44,580 bases of DNA from Octopus bimaculoides. Taxonomy: Eukaryota. The notes below the pieces were generated by a model. The model searched no databases. It saw only the letters and a program-made list of their open reading frames with translations, and was not told where the DNA came from. Position numbers and translations under genes: made by a program. Each line of letters begins with the position of its first letter. Position 1 is the stretch's first letter. Positions 23,394 through 34,746 of this stretch are shown one piece after another. Where the stretch lies: positions 18,797,053-18,841,632 of the forward strand of contig NC_069005.1 of NCBI RefSeq assembly GCF_001194135.2. The letters are read 5' to 3'.

Positions 23394-24010
23394 TGTTGTT
23401 GTTGTTGTTTTTGTTGTTGTTGTTGTTGTCGTAGTAGTAGTAGTAGTAGTAGAGATATACATGATAGTAGCGGTATAAGTAGTTGTGGTAATGTTGCAGT
23501 AGCAGTAGTAGTGGTGGTTTAAGTATTAGTATTTGTAGTTGCTGTTGTGCTAGTACAAGCTGTAGTGGTGGTAGCAACAGTAGCTGTATTGGCTGTATTG
23601 GTCGTAGTAGTGGTAGTGGTAGTGGTAGTGGTGGCGGTTGTGGTTGTAGTAGTGTTGTTGGCGGGGGGTAGTGGCAGTAGTAGTGATTGTGGTGAGATGG
23701 CTGTAGTGATGGTGGTAGTGGTGGTAGTATAAGTGGTAGCAGTAGTGGCAGGGTGATAGTAGTGGTAATAGTAGTAGCAATGGTGGTTGTGGTGGTGGTC
23801 ATGGCGGCGGCAGTGGTGGTGGTGGTACAAATAGTAGTAGTGTTTGTAGTGATGTGTGTAGCGCTGCAATTAATAGTTGTGGTGGCGCTAATGACAGTAA
23901 TAGTGGTGGTAGTAGCAGTCATAATGGTAGTGGTAGCGACGGAAGTAGTGATTGTAGTAGTCGTAATAGTAGTGTAAGCAGTAGTAGTGGTAGTAGTCGT
24001 GATATGGAAA
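22825..24010. repeat. Long cryptic (AGT)/(GGT)/(GCA) trinucleotide tract
   Basis: Direct reading; source of the poly-S/T/V/Y ORFs. Confidence 0.9.
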
Positions 24011-24066
24011 GCCCCACCCCCACCACCACGCAAAAGATATCAAACCAAAATAAAAAAATAAAAACG

Positions 24067-24162
24067 ATAAAATTACTAGTTATTTACTTTCCCACTCTAT
24101 CTTGTTTCTCAGATGTTAACTGCCTGTCATCTCAGCTGGATGTGCAGAGAATCTACTTAATA
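24067..24162 (+). repeat. Left arm of a 96-bp perfect inverted repeat (partner at 26277-26372)
   Basis: A base-by-base comparison with the reverse complement of 26277-26372 shows no mismatch. Confidence 0.9.
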
Positions 24163-24422
24163 TTGCATATACACACTCGTATATACATACACACGCTCAT
24201 ATACGCACACGTATATACACATGCATAGAGACGCACATATATGCACGTCTATGTAGACATCTACGCTCACATATATATGCAGAGATGTGTGTATTTTTGT
24301 TTTAGAAATAAAAGTTAATTGTTTATGCACCCTGCTGTGTGTCTATACGTCTCAGTCTGACTTCACACACACACACATAAGACCGCGCGCACCCACATAC
24401 ATACATATCTGTGTGTGTGTGT

Positions 24423-24470
<48 letters not shown>

Positions 24471-24974
24471 GCTTGCGTGTGCGTGCGTGCGTGTGTGTGT
24501 GCGAGTGTGTGCATGGATGTATTCACACATTCATACCTCTCTCCTCTCTGCCAATATATATGTCTATGAATATCTATCTGTCTACATATGATGCACGCGC
24601 ATTCCCTCACACATGATGTATATATGCATACTTCCGGTCATCTAACGAATATCCTGCAGACGAACTCTATGCAGATATTTTCGAGTCAATTGCTTCATTT
24701 ATTCTTTTTCGATTTTTCCCCTCGTCTGTCAGTGATCTTTTTTCACACTACACTATTTTGAAGAAGGACCATATCCAAAACGTCGTGATTCAGTCTTTGC
24801 ATTTCTTTGAGCGTCAAACTATAATAATATTGACCGTGAACTGATCTTGTTTTTTTTTATTTCTCTTTTTGCATGCTAATCCGCTACATGCGCGCGCGCA
24901 CACATACATGNNNNNNNNNNNNNNNNNNNNNNNNNNNNNNNNNNNNNNNNNNNNNNNNNNNNNNNNNNNTATAT

Positions 24975-25445
24975 ATATGCATAGATATAATAAACCCGAG
25001 GCCAAAGAGATAAAGATCCACAAAATGGTAGAATCCACAGCCACTCACGATATGAAAGTGTACTGGTGGAATTTCTCAGCGAAAACCTTTGTAAAATGTA
25101 AACATAATAGACCTGACATAATGATTTGGAACACAGAAGAAGATAAACTGTGTGTATAGTAGTGGAAATCAGACGCCCAGCGGATGTTAACATAGAGCTA
25201 AAGATCAGTGAAAAAGAAAACATCTACTCTGAACTATGGAGAAACTTACAATTACTCTACACGGATTAGAAGTTCAGGTTTATAATTGTAATTGTTGGAG
25301 CACGCTGCCTAAGTACCAAGCTTAAAAAATCAGGCTTCTCAAAACCAGAAATGAGAAAACTAATTCAAAGTCTACAGTTCCAATCCGTCAATGAATCTGT
25401 AAAAACTGGAAAAATTTATAAAACGTTCCAGAAGTCTAGCATTTG
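24975..25445 (+). pseudogene. R4-like RLE endonuclease fragment (second family)
   Basis: KCKHNRPDIMIWNTEEDKLCV*VVEIRRPADVNIELKISEKENIYSELWRNLQLLYTD*KFRFIIVIVGA: PD..E..K nuclease motif with stop codons. Confidence 0.8.
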
Positions 25446-25681
25446 AGTATATAGGTGCATGTTAAGACATGCAGCTATATGCATGGGAATACATATATAA
25501 AACAAAACATACAAATCTACATATACACTGACTCCTAATTCTGTATATATACACACATACATGCAAAAATACCCTGTTGATGTTGAAATTCCAATGAAGA
25601 AACCTTGGATGTAGGTTAGAAACCGGTTCCTTCTCTATTGTCAAGAAATCTTGAAATAAAGCTGAATAATAACATACTTAC

Positions 25682-25739
25682 ATTCTTGGTAGTTTCTCAT
25701 GACTGAGAAAGCTGGTTCTACAAATTCTTGCTCAAGAAA
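25682..25739 (-). CDS. Candidate 58-nt exon
   Basis: ccatttacgcag|TTT...GAAT|gtaagt; frame FLEQEFVEPAFSVMRNYQE. Not recognised. Confidence 0.2.
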
Positions 25740-25769
25740 CTGCGTAAATGGTTTGTTCATAGTGATCAA

Positions 25770-25950
25770 ATGTATTTTGTACGTCTACTCACTTACAAGT
25801 GTACGGCGTATCACACACCAGATGTCAAAAGTGATCGCAGAGCAATATGAAATAATGCTTAAGAACACAACACACCACCCAATCCGGGAATCGAAACCAT
25901 GATCTTGGGATCGTGTGTGTAACACCCAAACCACTAGATCATGTGTTTTC
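25770..25950 (-). mobile_element. Decayed CORE-like SINE
   Basis: cttaagaacacaacacaccacccaatccgggaatcgaaaccatgatc is the reverse of a tRNA-like head; related to 20722-20995. Confidence 0.6.
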
Positions 25951-25957
25951 ACACATA

Positions 25958-26276
25958 CAGCGTGTTCGGGATAAATTTGACCATTACTATGTCATTTTTA
26001 TTCAAGAACAGCATGATCTATTGGTGAACAGTTAACAGCTTTGGAGAACACAAAGATTAAAGTTGTAGTTGTGAAAACTGACTGGAAGCCATCTGAATAT
26101 TCGAAAAGAGTTACCTGTGTCATCATGGTTCATGCCTAGTATCAAAATGCCAACAATATGACTGCTGCTCAATGGTCTATGAACACTGTTAAGAGCTATA
26201 AGACGTGACATGGACGGCGGCAACGGAGAGTAAGCCGTGGCCAGCAGGAAAAGACAACAGGCATTCTTACTGTGTC
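25958..26276 (+). pseudogene. Tc1/mariner-like element, left end with decayed transposase N-terminus
   Basis: TA|CAGCGTGTTCGGGATAAATTTGACC (same TIR as 16296); WKPSEYSKRVTCVIMVHA* and IRRDMDGGNGE*AVASRK resemble the HTH start of a Tc1/maT transposase (recollection). Confidence 0.5.
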
Positions 26277-26372
26277 TATTAAGTAGATTCTCTGCACATC
26301 CAGCTGAGATGACAGGCAGTTAACATCTGAGAAACAAGATAGAGTGGGAAAGTAAATAACTAGTAATTTTAT
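26277..26372 (-). repeat. Right arm of the 96-bp perfect inverted repeat
   Basis: Identical to the reverse complement of 24067-24162. Confidence 0.9.
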
Positions 26373-26603
26373 GGGGTTTTTTTTAAATTTTGGTCTACAT
26401 ATTAATTGTCTACTGTCTACTACATATTACTAGTTAGTTTCTTCGTTCATTTGAAATGTAATTACTAACACTAATTACCAAATGCCGCGGAATGTCGTCG
26501 GAATGCGATGAAACATTTTAACACGCAGTTATAGACAAGTCATACGAAATTTATGAAGCATGAATGCAACGTTTTCCCATGGTTTGAAATAGTTAAAATG
26601 ATT

Positions 26604-26635
<32 letters not shown>

Positions 26636-26637
<2 letters not shown>

Positions 26638-26780
26638 CGCCCAGTGGTTAGGTTGTTGCAAACATGACCGCAAGATTGTACTTTCGATTCCCAGACCTGG
26701 CAGCGCGTTGTGTTCTTGAGAAGAAACACTTCGTTTCACTTTGCTGTAGTCCATCTACCTGTAAATGAGTAACTCTGTCC
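26636..26780 (+). mobile_element. Decayed CORE-like SINE head
   Basis: cagtggttagg...ttcgattcccagacctggcagcgcgttgtgttcttgag..aaacactt..ctgtaaatgagta. Confidence 0.55.
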
Positions 26781-26804
26781 CTCTCTGCCTCTCTCATTTC
26801 CCTC

Positions 26805-26849
<45 letters not shown>

Positions 26850-26929
26850 ACACACATATATATATCCATACACACAGACATATATGCATGCATGCATACA
26901 TAGACACACACACACANNNNNNNNNNGAC

Positions 26930-28155
26930 GGATATTTGTCCTCATCTTATTTGTTGTTAACACAACGTTTCGGCTGATATACCCTCCAGTCTTCATCAGG
27001 TTTCTTTGGGAAATTTCGAACCTGGCTTCTCATTCCTAAGGTATTTTTCGATGTTGACATCTTCTTGGTGGGACCAGAGTATGAAGCTTTCATCAACATA
27101 TCGCAACCATAGGGTTGGTTTAAGTGGTGTTTTAGTGGTGTTACTTTGAGAATTTGGCTTTAGGATCAACACCACTAAAACCAACCCTATGGTTGCGATA
27201 TGTTAATGACACCTTCATACTCTGGCCCCACCAGGTAGATTTCCAAGTGCTGTTAGATCATGGGAACTCAATAAAGCCATCCATACAGTTCACAATGGGA
27301 AAAGAAAAAGACAATCAGCTAGCATTCCTGGACGTATTAATAACACGCACCGAGTATGGATTCAGGACATCCGTATACCGCAAGCCGACCTTCACTGGAC
27401 GACACCTCAACTTCAACTCCCACTATCCATACAGTGTAAAGAGAGGGATTGCTCAGTGCCTAAAACATCGAGCAATGGATATAAGTAGCGATCGTGATAC
27501 ACACCACAAAGAAATGATCAAGCTCAGTAACAATCTATTATGCAACANNNNNNNNNNNNNNNNNNNNNNNNNNNNNNNNNNNNNNNNNNNNNNNNNNNNN
27601 NNNNNNNNNNNNNNNNNNNNNNNNNNNNNNNNNNNNNNNNNNNNNNNNNNNNNNNNNNNNNNNNNNNNNNNNNNNNNNNNNNNNNNNNNNNNNNNNNNNN
27701 NNNNNNNNNNNNNNNNNNNNNNNNNNNNNNNNNNNNNNNNNNNNNNNNNNNNNNNNNNNNNNNNNNNNNNNNNNNNNNNNNNNNNNNNNNNNNNNNNNNN
27801 NNNNNNNNNNNNNNNNNNNNNNNNNNNNNNNNNNNNNNNNNNNNNNNNNNNNNNNNNNNNNNNNNNNNNNNNNNNNNNNNNNNNNNNNNNNNNNNNNNNN
27901 NNNNNNNNNNNNNNNNNNNNNNNNNNNNNNNNNNNNNNNNNNNNNNNNNNNNNNNNNNNNNNNNNNNNNNNNNNNNNNNNNNNNNNNNNNNATCTCCTTC
28001 GAGTAAAACCACCAATAGAAGAGAATATGACCAAGAACTGCGTGTACTCCATCCCATGCAGCTGTGGTAGAAAGGCGAAACATGTTACCCCCTCAAAATA
28101 AGGGTAGAGGAACATCGCAAAGCTGTGACACGAGGAGATATTGATAAATCAGGTC
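26930..28155 (+). pseudogene. Penelope-like retroelement (RT, gap, GIY-YIG) with an inverted terminal segment
   Basis: LWLRYVNDTFILW...IQFTMGKEKDNQLAFLDVLITR..GFRTSVYRKPTFTGRHLNFNSHYP; after the gap NCVYSIPCSCG and PLKIRVEEHRKAV. The segment at about 26930-27131 is in the opposite orientation. Confidence 0.9.
26959..27004 (-). ncRNA. Minimal type I hammerhead ribozyme in the inverted 3' segment of a Penelope-like element
   Basis: GAAAC-CUGAUGA-A-[GACUG/GAGGGUAUAU/CAGCC]-GAAA-CG-U-U-GUGUU. Palindromic ACGU stem III (needs a dimer); one mismatch each in stems I and II. Confidence 0.65.
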
Positions 28156-28164
28156 TTTTTATTT

Positions 28165-28510
28165 AATTTGTCTATTATTCTATCGATTTTTTTGTCGAAC
28201 TGCTAAGTTACGGATACGTAAACATACCACCACCAGTTGTCAAGCTGTGGCGGGACACACACACACACACACACAGATATGTATATATTTAGATAGATAG
28301 ATAGACAGATAGATAGATAGACAGATAGATAGATAGATAGATAGATGATATAGATAAAGGCCTCTTTCAGTTTCTGTCTACCAAATCCACTCACAAGGCT
28401 TTGGTCAACCCCAAACTATAATAGAAGACACTTGCCTCAGGTGACACACATAGGACTGAACCCAAAACCATGTAGTTGGTAAGCAAAGTTCTTACCACAC
28501 AGCCACGCCT
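28165..28510 (-). mobile_element. SINE family B copy with internal (CA)/(GATA) microsatellite
   Basis: ctaccaaatccactcacaaggctttggtc...cttaccacacagccacgcct, as in 18320-18690. Confidence 0.85.
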
Positions 28511-29223
28511 ACGCTTATATGGAACTTAATGAAAATCCCTATAAACTAAAATTCCTGCAACATATTTAAACATTGAAGCGCTCAAAATGAATTTTCGCTA
28601 TCTCACACACCTATTTAAAGGCTGATGATTTTAGCAACCATAACAACTATTGGTTCCTAGTAGAACATGCGACCCCTACATTAATAGCTCCAGAGTATGT
28701 GATTTTTATGTCTCGTGGAAGGATAACATCCCATTACAGCTTTTTGCAGCTTTGAACAAAACGGCGGAATTACTCATGGCTTCAAGACATTTGCATCCAT
28801 AATTAACTAAGGTGCTTACCATTAAGCTAAACTGCCCAGCGACAAATTCTTCTGCAATTTTAGCATATATAAATCTTGCTTTATAAAACTCTATCGTACG
28901 CTAAATTCAACTTCCCGCTGACAGATTTTTCTGCAAAATATGGATAGTTTATCCTGTTCATGCTATCATTTCCTTATATATATATAGATATGTATCTATA
29001 TGTACATGTAGATGAAGGTATGTACATACATGTACATATATATGCATATACTCATATATTGTTTGTATCACACGATCGAACGCACACGTTATCTTTACAC
29101 AGTAAGTTTTTAACTATATTTTTCTGACGCGACTCTCCCTCTATCTCTATATCTATCTCCCCCTATCATTCTTCCCTCTACTGTTCTTCGCCTCTCCCTG
29201 TCACTACTATCTCTCTCTCTCTC

Positions 29224-29272
<49 letters not shown>

Positions 29273-29299
29273 NNNNNNNNNNNTATCTATCTATCTATC

Positions 29300-29800
29300 T
29301 CTCGTTGCTCGTCCTTCGCCTCTCCCCGTCACTACTACTATCTCTCTTCCTCTCGTTGCTCACTAATATTCTACTTCCTCCCCTTCTTCTCCCTCTGCTA
29401 CTCTTTCTCCCTACCCCTCGTTGGTCACGTGTGTTCGGTTGCTATTTCTTTTCGGTCTTGGACTCCCCACGCTTTGCACGCACTTCTTCGCCTCTCCAGT
29501 TCGTGCTTCACAGCGTTCAATACATACACACTTCTCCACGTCTGGTTGTACAGCCTTTTTGTTTGTTTATTTCACCGTTTCGTTTTCCTGTCTTGTTTTC
29601 CGTCCGCCACTATCCTCCACGAAAAAATTTTAATTTGTGTTCGTGGGAAGAGCCATTTTAACGATGTGTCCTGTCCTAACTCTTCGAAACGCCGGTGTTT
29701 TAATGGTGGCAGCTGATGAAGGATATGTTCTCTATGTGGCCTGCTTGTTTGTTGTACCTTGTTTATCATTTAGTTCACGTTCTTTTGCAACGTCATGTAC
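29300..29800. repeat. Pyrimidine-rich unclassified repeat flanked by a 42-bp exact direct repeat (28986-29027, 29803-29844)
   Basis: The direct repeat is read directly. The body weakly resembles the reverse of 13860-14290. Confidence 0.4.
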
Positions 29801-30575
29801 CCAGATATGTATCTATATGTACATGTAGATGAAGGTATGTACATNNNNNNNNNNNNNNNNNNNNNNNNNNNNNNNNNNNNNNNNNNNNNNNNNNNNNNNN
29901 NNNNNNNNNNNNNNNNNNNNNNNNNNNNNNNNNNNNNNNNNNNNNNNNNNNNNNNNNNNNNNNNNNNNNNNNNNNNNNNNNNNNNNNNNNNNNNNNNNNN
30001 NNNNNNNNNNNNNNNNNNNNNNNNNNNNNNNNNNNNNNNNNNNNNNNNNNNNNNNNNNNNNNNNNNNNNNNNNNNNNNNNNNNNNNNNNNNNNNNNNNNN
30101 NNNNNNNNNNNNNNNNNNNNNNNNNNNNNNNNNNNNNNNNNNNNNNNNNNNNNNNNNNNNNNNNNNNNNNNNNNNNNNNNNNNNNNNNNNNNNNNNNNNN
30201 NNNNNNNNNNNNNNNNNNNNNNNNNNNNNNNNNNNNNNNNNNNNNNNNNNNNNNNNNNNNNNNNNNNNNNNNNNNNNNNNNNNNNNNNNNNNNNNNNNNN
30301 NNNNNNNNNNNNNNNNNNNNNNNNNNNNNNNNNNNNNNNNNNNNNNNNNNNNNNNNNNNNNNNNNNNNNNNNNNNNNNNNNNNNNNNNNNNNNNNNNNNN
30401 NNNNNNNNNNNNNNNNNNNNNNNNNNNNNNNNNNNNNNNNNNNNNNNNNNNNNNNNNNNNNNNNNNNNNNNNNNNNNNNNNNNNNNNNNNNNNNNNNNNN
30501 NNNNNNNNNNNNNNNNNNNNNNNNNNNNNNNNNNNNNNNNNNNNNNNNNNNNNNNNNNNNNNNNNNNNNNNNNNN

Positions 30576-30611
<36 letters not shown>

Positions 30612-31914
30612 CGTATATATATTTATATATATGCATGTATATGTACACATACGTATATATACACACACACATATAGACAAACACATATACATATGCAAAC
30701 GTGTGTGAGTATAGATAGATATATCTACGCATGTATTTATGTGTGTATAAGTATATGCATATATACACACATATTTATATATATACATATACATATGTGT
30801 ATATATGTATGCAGTATATACATACATATATTTATATATATACATATGTGTATGTGTGTGTGTTTGTGTATGTGTGTACACGCATATATACAAGTATATA
30901 TGTATGTATATCATTACATATTTTTCTAAGATTGTTATCCTGTCTAATAAATGTTCGTGCAAATAATTTGCATCTGTGCGTTAGTGTGTGTGGGTGTATG
31001 TGTGTGTGTGTGCACTTTGTTTGAGATTCAAGTTCTCTTCCGTCTCCCCGTCTAAAAAACATTAAAAATTTACATCAAATTTTGTGATTGTTGTTGTTGC
31101 TTCCAAAATATTCAAGTTCCAATTCATGTTCTCCTCCTTTCTCTCTTTCTTTCACTTTTATGAAGAAGAAGAAGAAGAAGAAGAAGAAGAAGAAGAAGAA
31201 GAAGAAGAAGAAGAAGAAGNNNNNNNNNNNNNNNNNNNNNNNNNNNNNNNNNNNNNNNNNNNNNNNNNNNNNNNNNNNNNNNNNNNNNNNNNNNNNNNNN
31301 NNNNNNNNNNNNNNNNNNNNNNNNNNNNNNNNNNNNNNNNNNNNNNNNNNNNNNNNNNNNNNNNNNNNNNNNNNNNNNNNNNNNNNNNNNNNNNNNNNNN
31401 NNNNNNNNNNNNNNNNNNNNNNNNNNNNNNNNNNNNNNNNNNNNNNNNNNNNNNNNNNNNNNNNNNNNNNNNNNNNNNNNNNNNNNNNNNNNNNNNNNNN
31501 NNNNNNNNNNNNNNNNNNNNNNNNNNNNNNNNNNNNNNNNNNNNNNNNNNNNNNNNNNNNNNNNNNNNNNNNNNNNNNNNNNNNNNNNNNNNNNNNNNNN
31601 NNNNNNNNNNNNNNNNNNNNNNNNNNNNNNNNNNNNNNNNNNNNNNNNNNNNNNNNNNNNNNNNNNNNNNNNNNNNNNNNNNNNNNNNNNNNNNNNNNNN
31701 NNNNNNNNNNNNNNNNNNNNNNNNNNNNNNNNNNNNNNNNNNNNNNNNNNNNNNNNNNNNNNNNNNNNNNNNNNNNNNNNNNNNNNNNNNNNNNNNNNNN
31801 NNNNNNNNNNNNNNNNNNNNNNNNNNNNNNNNNNNNNNNNNNNNNNNNNNNNNNNNNNNNNNNNNNNNNNNNNNNNNNNNNNNNNNNNNNNNNNNNNNNN
31901 NNNNNNNNNNNNNN

Positions 31915-31953
<39 letters not shown>

Positions 31954-31979
31954 AATTTATAGAAAACAGAAAAGAGAGA

Positions 31980-32110
31980 CAGATGAACGAACAACAAGGT
32001 GTATTAGTTTGACGCTCAGGAAAAATGGGAAAGCCTTTGACGCCTCAAGCCTACGCACTTCGACAGAAAGGGATGAGAGGTAAAAATGGAGAAAGAGAAA
32101 AAAATATGTC
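31980..32110 (-). repeat. Second copy of the 7270-7450 repeat, with hammerhead-like motif at 32034-32071
   Basis: CCUUU-CUGUCGA-A-GUGC/GUAG/GCUU-GAGG-CG-U-C-AAAGG. Confidence 0.55.
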
Positions 32111-32194
32111 GGGGTTCCACACGCGTGTATGTATGTACTTATCTATGCGTGTGTATATTTTTGTTCGCCCCGGTGCTCTGCTTGACAAGAACTG

Positions 32195-32342
32195 TTATTA
32201 TTTTTTTACATCCCCGTAACTTAACAGCTTGCCAATAGAGAGACCGATAGAATAGGTAACATACTTTAGAAATAAGCACTGGTTCGACTAAATTGGTGTT
32301 CCAGAATGGCCGTAGTCCAATGACAAAAACAAGTAAAAGAAA
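32195..32342 (+). mobile_element. 3' half of SINE family B
   Basis: ttacatccccgtaacttaac..gagaccgatagaata..gactaa..ccagaatggccgtagtccaatgac..aaacaagtaaaaga. Confidence 0.75.
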
Positions 32343-32383
32343 ATATCGCTTACTTTTGGGAACAATTCCAGACACCTTTGAAG

Positions 32384-32585
32384 TTTAACTCTTAAGCATT
32401 CAGATTACTGTCAAATGTAATGGTTGTTTATTCATTGTTTTGAATTAATCATACATTGTCTTGTGGCTTCGAAATCTCGATGATGTCGTTATTTATTTTT
32501 AGGATAACCTTGTAGGGTAGGTGTGAGAGGCCGGATCTGGTCAGTTGGAACATAAAACCGGTAGAATATTTGGGATGGACGCGGC
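32384..32585. mobile_element. Probable TTAA-ended MITE remnant
   Basis: Begins ttaactcttaagcattcagattac; resembles a remembered octopus TTAACCCTTTAGCATT MITE. The right end is not visible. Confidence 0.3.
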
Positions 32586-32914
32586 TACACGCTCAAGGAA
32601 AGCGAGGTCTATCTGGCTACGGCACGTGGCAGCCCAAAATCCTCACTGTGCCGCTATAGAATACTGTCTGAGTTGTTAGAGTGTCAAACGAATAGCCTTA
32701 CGTTATTTGTTCCAAATATTTGCATCCTGAGTTCAAATCTTGCCGTAATCAGAAATTCGACCTCACAGACTCTCTGTGTTCTGCCGACCTGTTCAATTCA
32801 ATAAGGATCGATCGAATGAGTTTGTTCACTAGGATTCGTGTTAATCCACTGGGTAATTGACCCAGCATATGGGATGCTCTGATGATATGGCTGCACATCA
32901 CCTTCACTCGAAGG

Positions 32915-33112
32915 GCAATCCAGCTGAAACGACTCGACCGGTGACACGGTGTGCTTTTTCAACACGACAACGCTCGCTCCCTCTTCGCTAATTTGATCAA
33001 AAATGCTATTCAAGAGTTCAATTGGGAACTTCTACTGCACCCACTGTATTTTCCTGTTATTGCAACTTCAGATTATCAGCTTTTTCGCTCACTCTCCAAC
33101 AGTCTCCAATAA
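32915..33112 (+). pseudogene. mariner transposase fragment (catalytic domain)
   Basis: AIQLKRLDR*HGVLFQHDNARSLFANLIKNAIQEFNWELLLHPLYFPVIATSDYQLFRSLSNSLQ*: decayed HDNARPH and HPPYSPDLAPSDYHLFRSL motifs. Confidence 0.85.
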
Positions 33113-33771
33113 TTCTGTATATAGAACAACCATGTAGTGCTCAGAATATGAGCTATATAATATAGGCATCGATAGAAGACACAAAGTTCAGGTAATCGAT
33201 GAATAGTTTTCCTTTATAACATCGGAGTATTTAAGGCAAATCTCATAAAACCGTAAAAACTATATATGCGTGTACAAAATTACATAAAAATACACAAATG
33301 CATAAAAATATACATATGAACATATAAAATGTACATGAACATATATAATGAAAATATAAAATGTACATGAACATATATAATGAAAATATAAAATGGTAGA
33401 CGAGTGTCTGAACTCGGTACATCAGCGTTAGAAACAAGTTACAGTTACATGGACCATATGTTACAATATACATATACATATATATTCGCAATTTACAACC
33501 GAAAGGTAGAACTTTAGACGTCACTAGAGTGACTGAAGGTACAAGTTAGCACCAGCATTGCAAGAAATAAGAGTCAAAACAACTCTTAGCCACGATAAGA
33601 CATTTCTCTTAAGGCAAGCTCCCTTGTCAGTCATAAGATTCAAGATTGAATATAGTACTTATGTGTAGGCACCAGAATATCGTATCGTATGGTATTATAT
33701 TATACAAAAACCATTCCAAAAGGATAGGTGATCAAAAAATCAAAATAAGCAACACGGATTTCAAAGATGAT

Positions 33772-33859
33772 TGCAGTACGCACGTTTCATGCTACTCCAT
33801 TTATTTAAGTAATGCGATCATTACATTAAATGCAATATGAAGAGCAATCTTCAGCTGCA
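33772..33859 (-). ncRNA. Type I hammerhead ribozyme (probable Penelope 3' end)
   Basis: UGCAG-CUGAAGA-U-[UGCUCUUCAU...AUGGAGUAGCA]-U-GAAA-CGUGCG-U-A-CUGCA. Perfect 5-bp stem I, long stem II, GUA triplet at 33777. Confidence 0.8.
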
Positions 33860-34660
33860 CGAAAATGCAGAAAATTACAGTAGAATAGACATATTATAAT
33901 TGTGGCAACATTTCAAATCCAAGTGGGAGAAAGAATACATAAAAATCCAAGTGGGAGGAAGAATACATAAATCCATCTTGACATAGCCGACGGGNNNNNN
34001 NNNNNNNNNNNNNNNNNNNNNNNNNNNNNNNNNNNNNNNNNNNNNNNNNNNNNNNNNNNNNNNNNNNNNNNNNNNNNNNNNNNNNNNNNNNNNNNNNNNN
34101 NNNNNNNNNNNNNNNNNNNNNNNNNNNNNNNNNNNNNNNNNNNNNNNNNNNNNNNNNNNNNNNNNNNNNNNNNNNNNNNNNNNNNNNNNNNNNNNNNNNN
34201 NNNNNNNNNNNNNNNNNNNNNNNNNNNNNNNNNNNNNNNNNNNNNNNNNNNNNNNNNNNNNNNNNNNNNNNNNNNNNNNNNNNNNNNNNNNNNNNNNNNN
34301 NNNNNNNNNNNNNNNNNNNNNNNNNNNNNNNNNNNNNNNNNNNNNNNNNNNNNNNNNNNNNNNNNNNNNNNNNNNNNNNNNNNNNNNNNNNNNNNNNNNN
34401 NNNNNNNNNNNNNNNNNNNNNNNNNNNNNNNNNNNNNNNNNNNNNNNNNNNNNNNNNNNNNNNNNNNNNNNNNNNNNNNNNNNNNNNNNNNNNNNNNNNN
34501 NNNNNNNNNNNNNNNNNNNNNNNNNNNNNNNNNNNNNNNNNNNNNNNNNNNNNNNNNNNNNNNNNNNNNNNNNNNNNNNTATATAAAGAGAGAGAGAGAG
34601 AGAATAAGGATTACTCCGAAGTAGCAATAGCATTACCTTTACTTCTATACACCGTCTTTT

Positions 34661-34746
34661 AAGACCAACATATGTTTCAATTGCACCGAATAGTAATCGT
34701 GCAGTTGCAACCCTACTATAAAATGGTGCAGTCTCTTTAGGGTCTT
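34661..34746 (-). ncRNA. Hammerhead ribozyme with a G5A core mutation (probably inactive)
   Basis: AAGACC-CUAAAGA-[GACUGCACC...GGUGCAAUU]-GAAA-CAUAUG-U-U-GGUCUU. Perfect 6-bp stem I and palindromic ACAUAUGU stem III. Confidence 0.7.

Noticed and set aside
21200-24010. Possible Gly/Asp/Ser-rich secreted protein exons
   Set aside because: The tracts are open in several frames and on both strands, with no splice-bounded unique sequence; consistent with cryptic microsatellites.
25585-25635. AACCU/AGGUU hairpin followed by GAAACCGGU
   Set aside because: The 5' core reads CCAAUGA and stem I does not pair.
28618-28675. CUGAUGA...hairpin...GAAC
   Set aside because: The core lacks GAAA and stem III is broken; at best a very decayed HHR.
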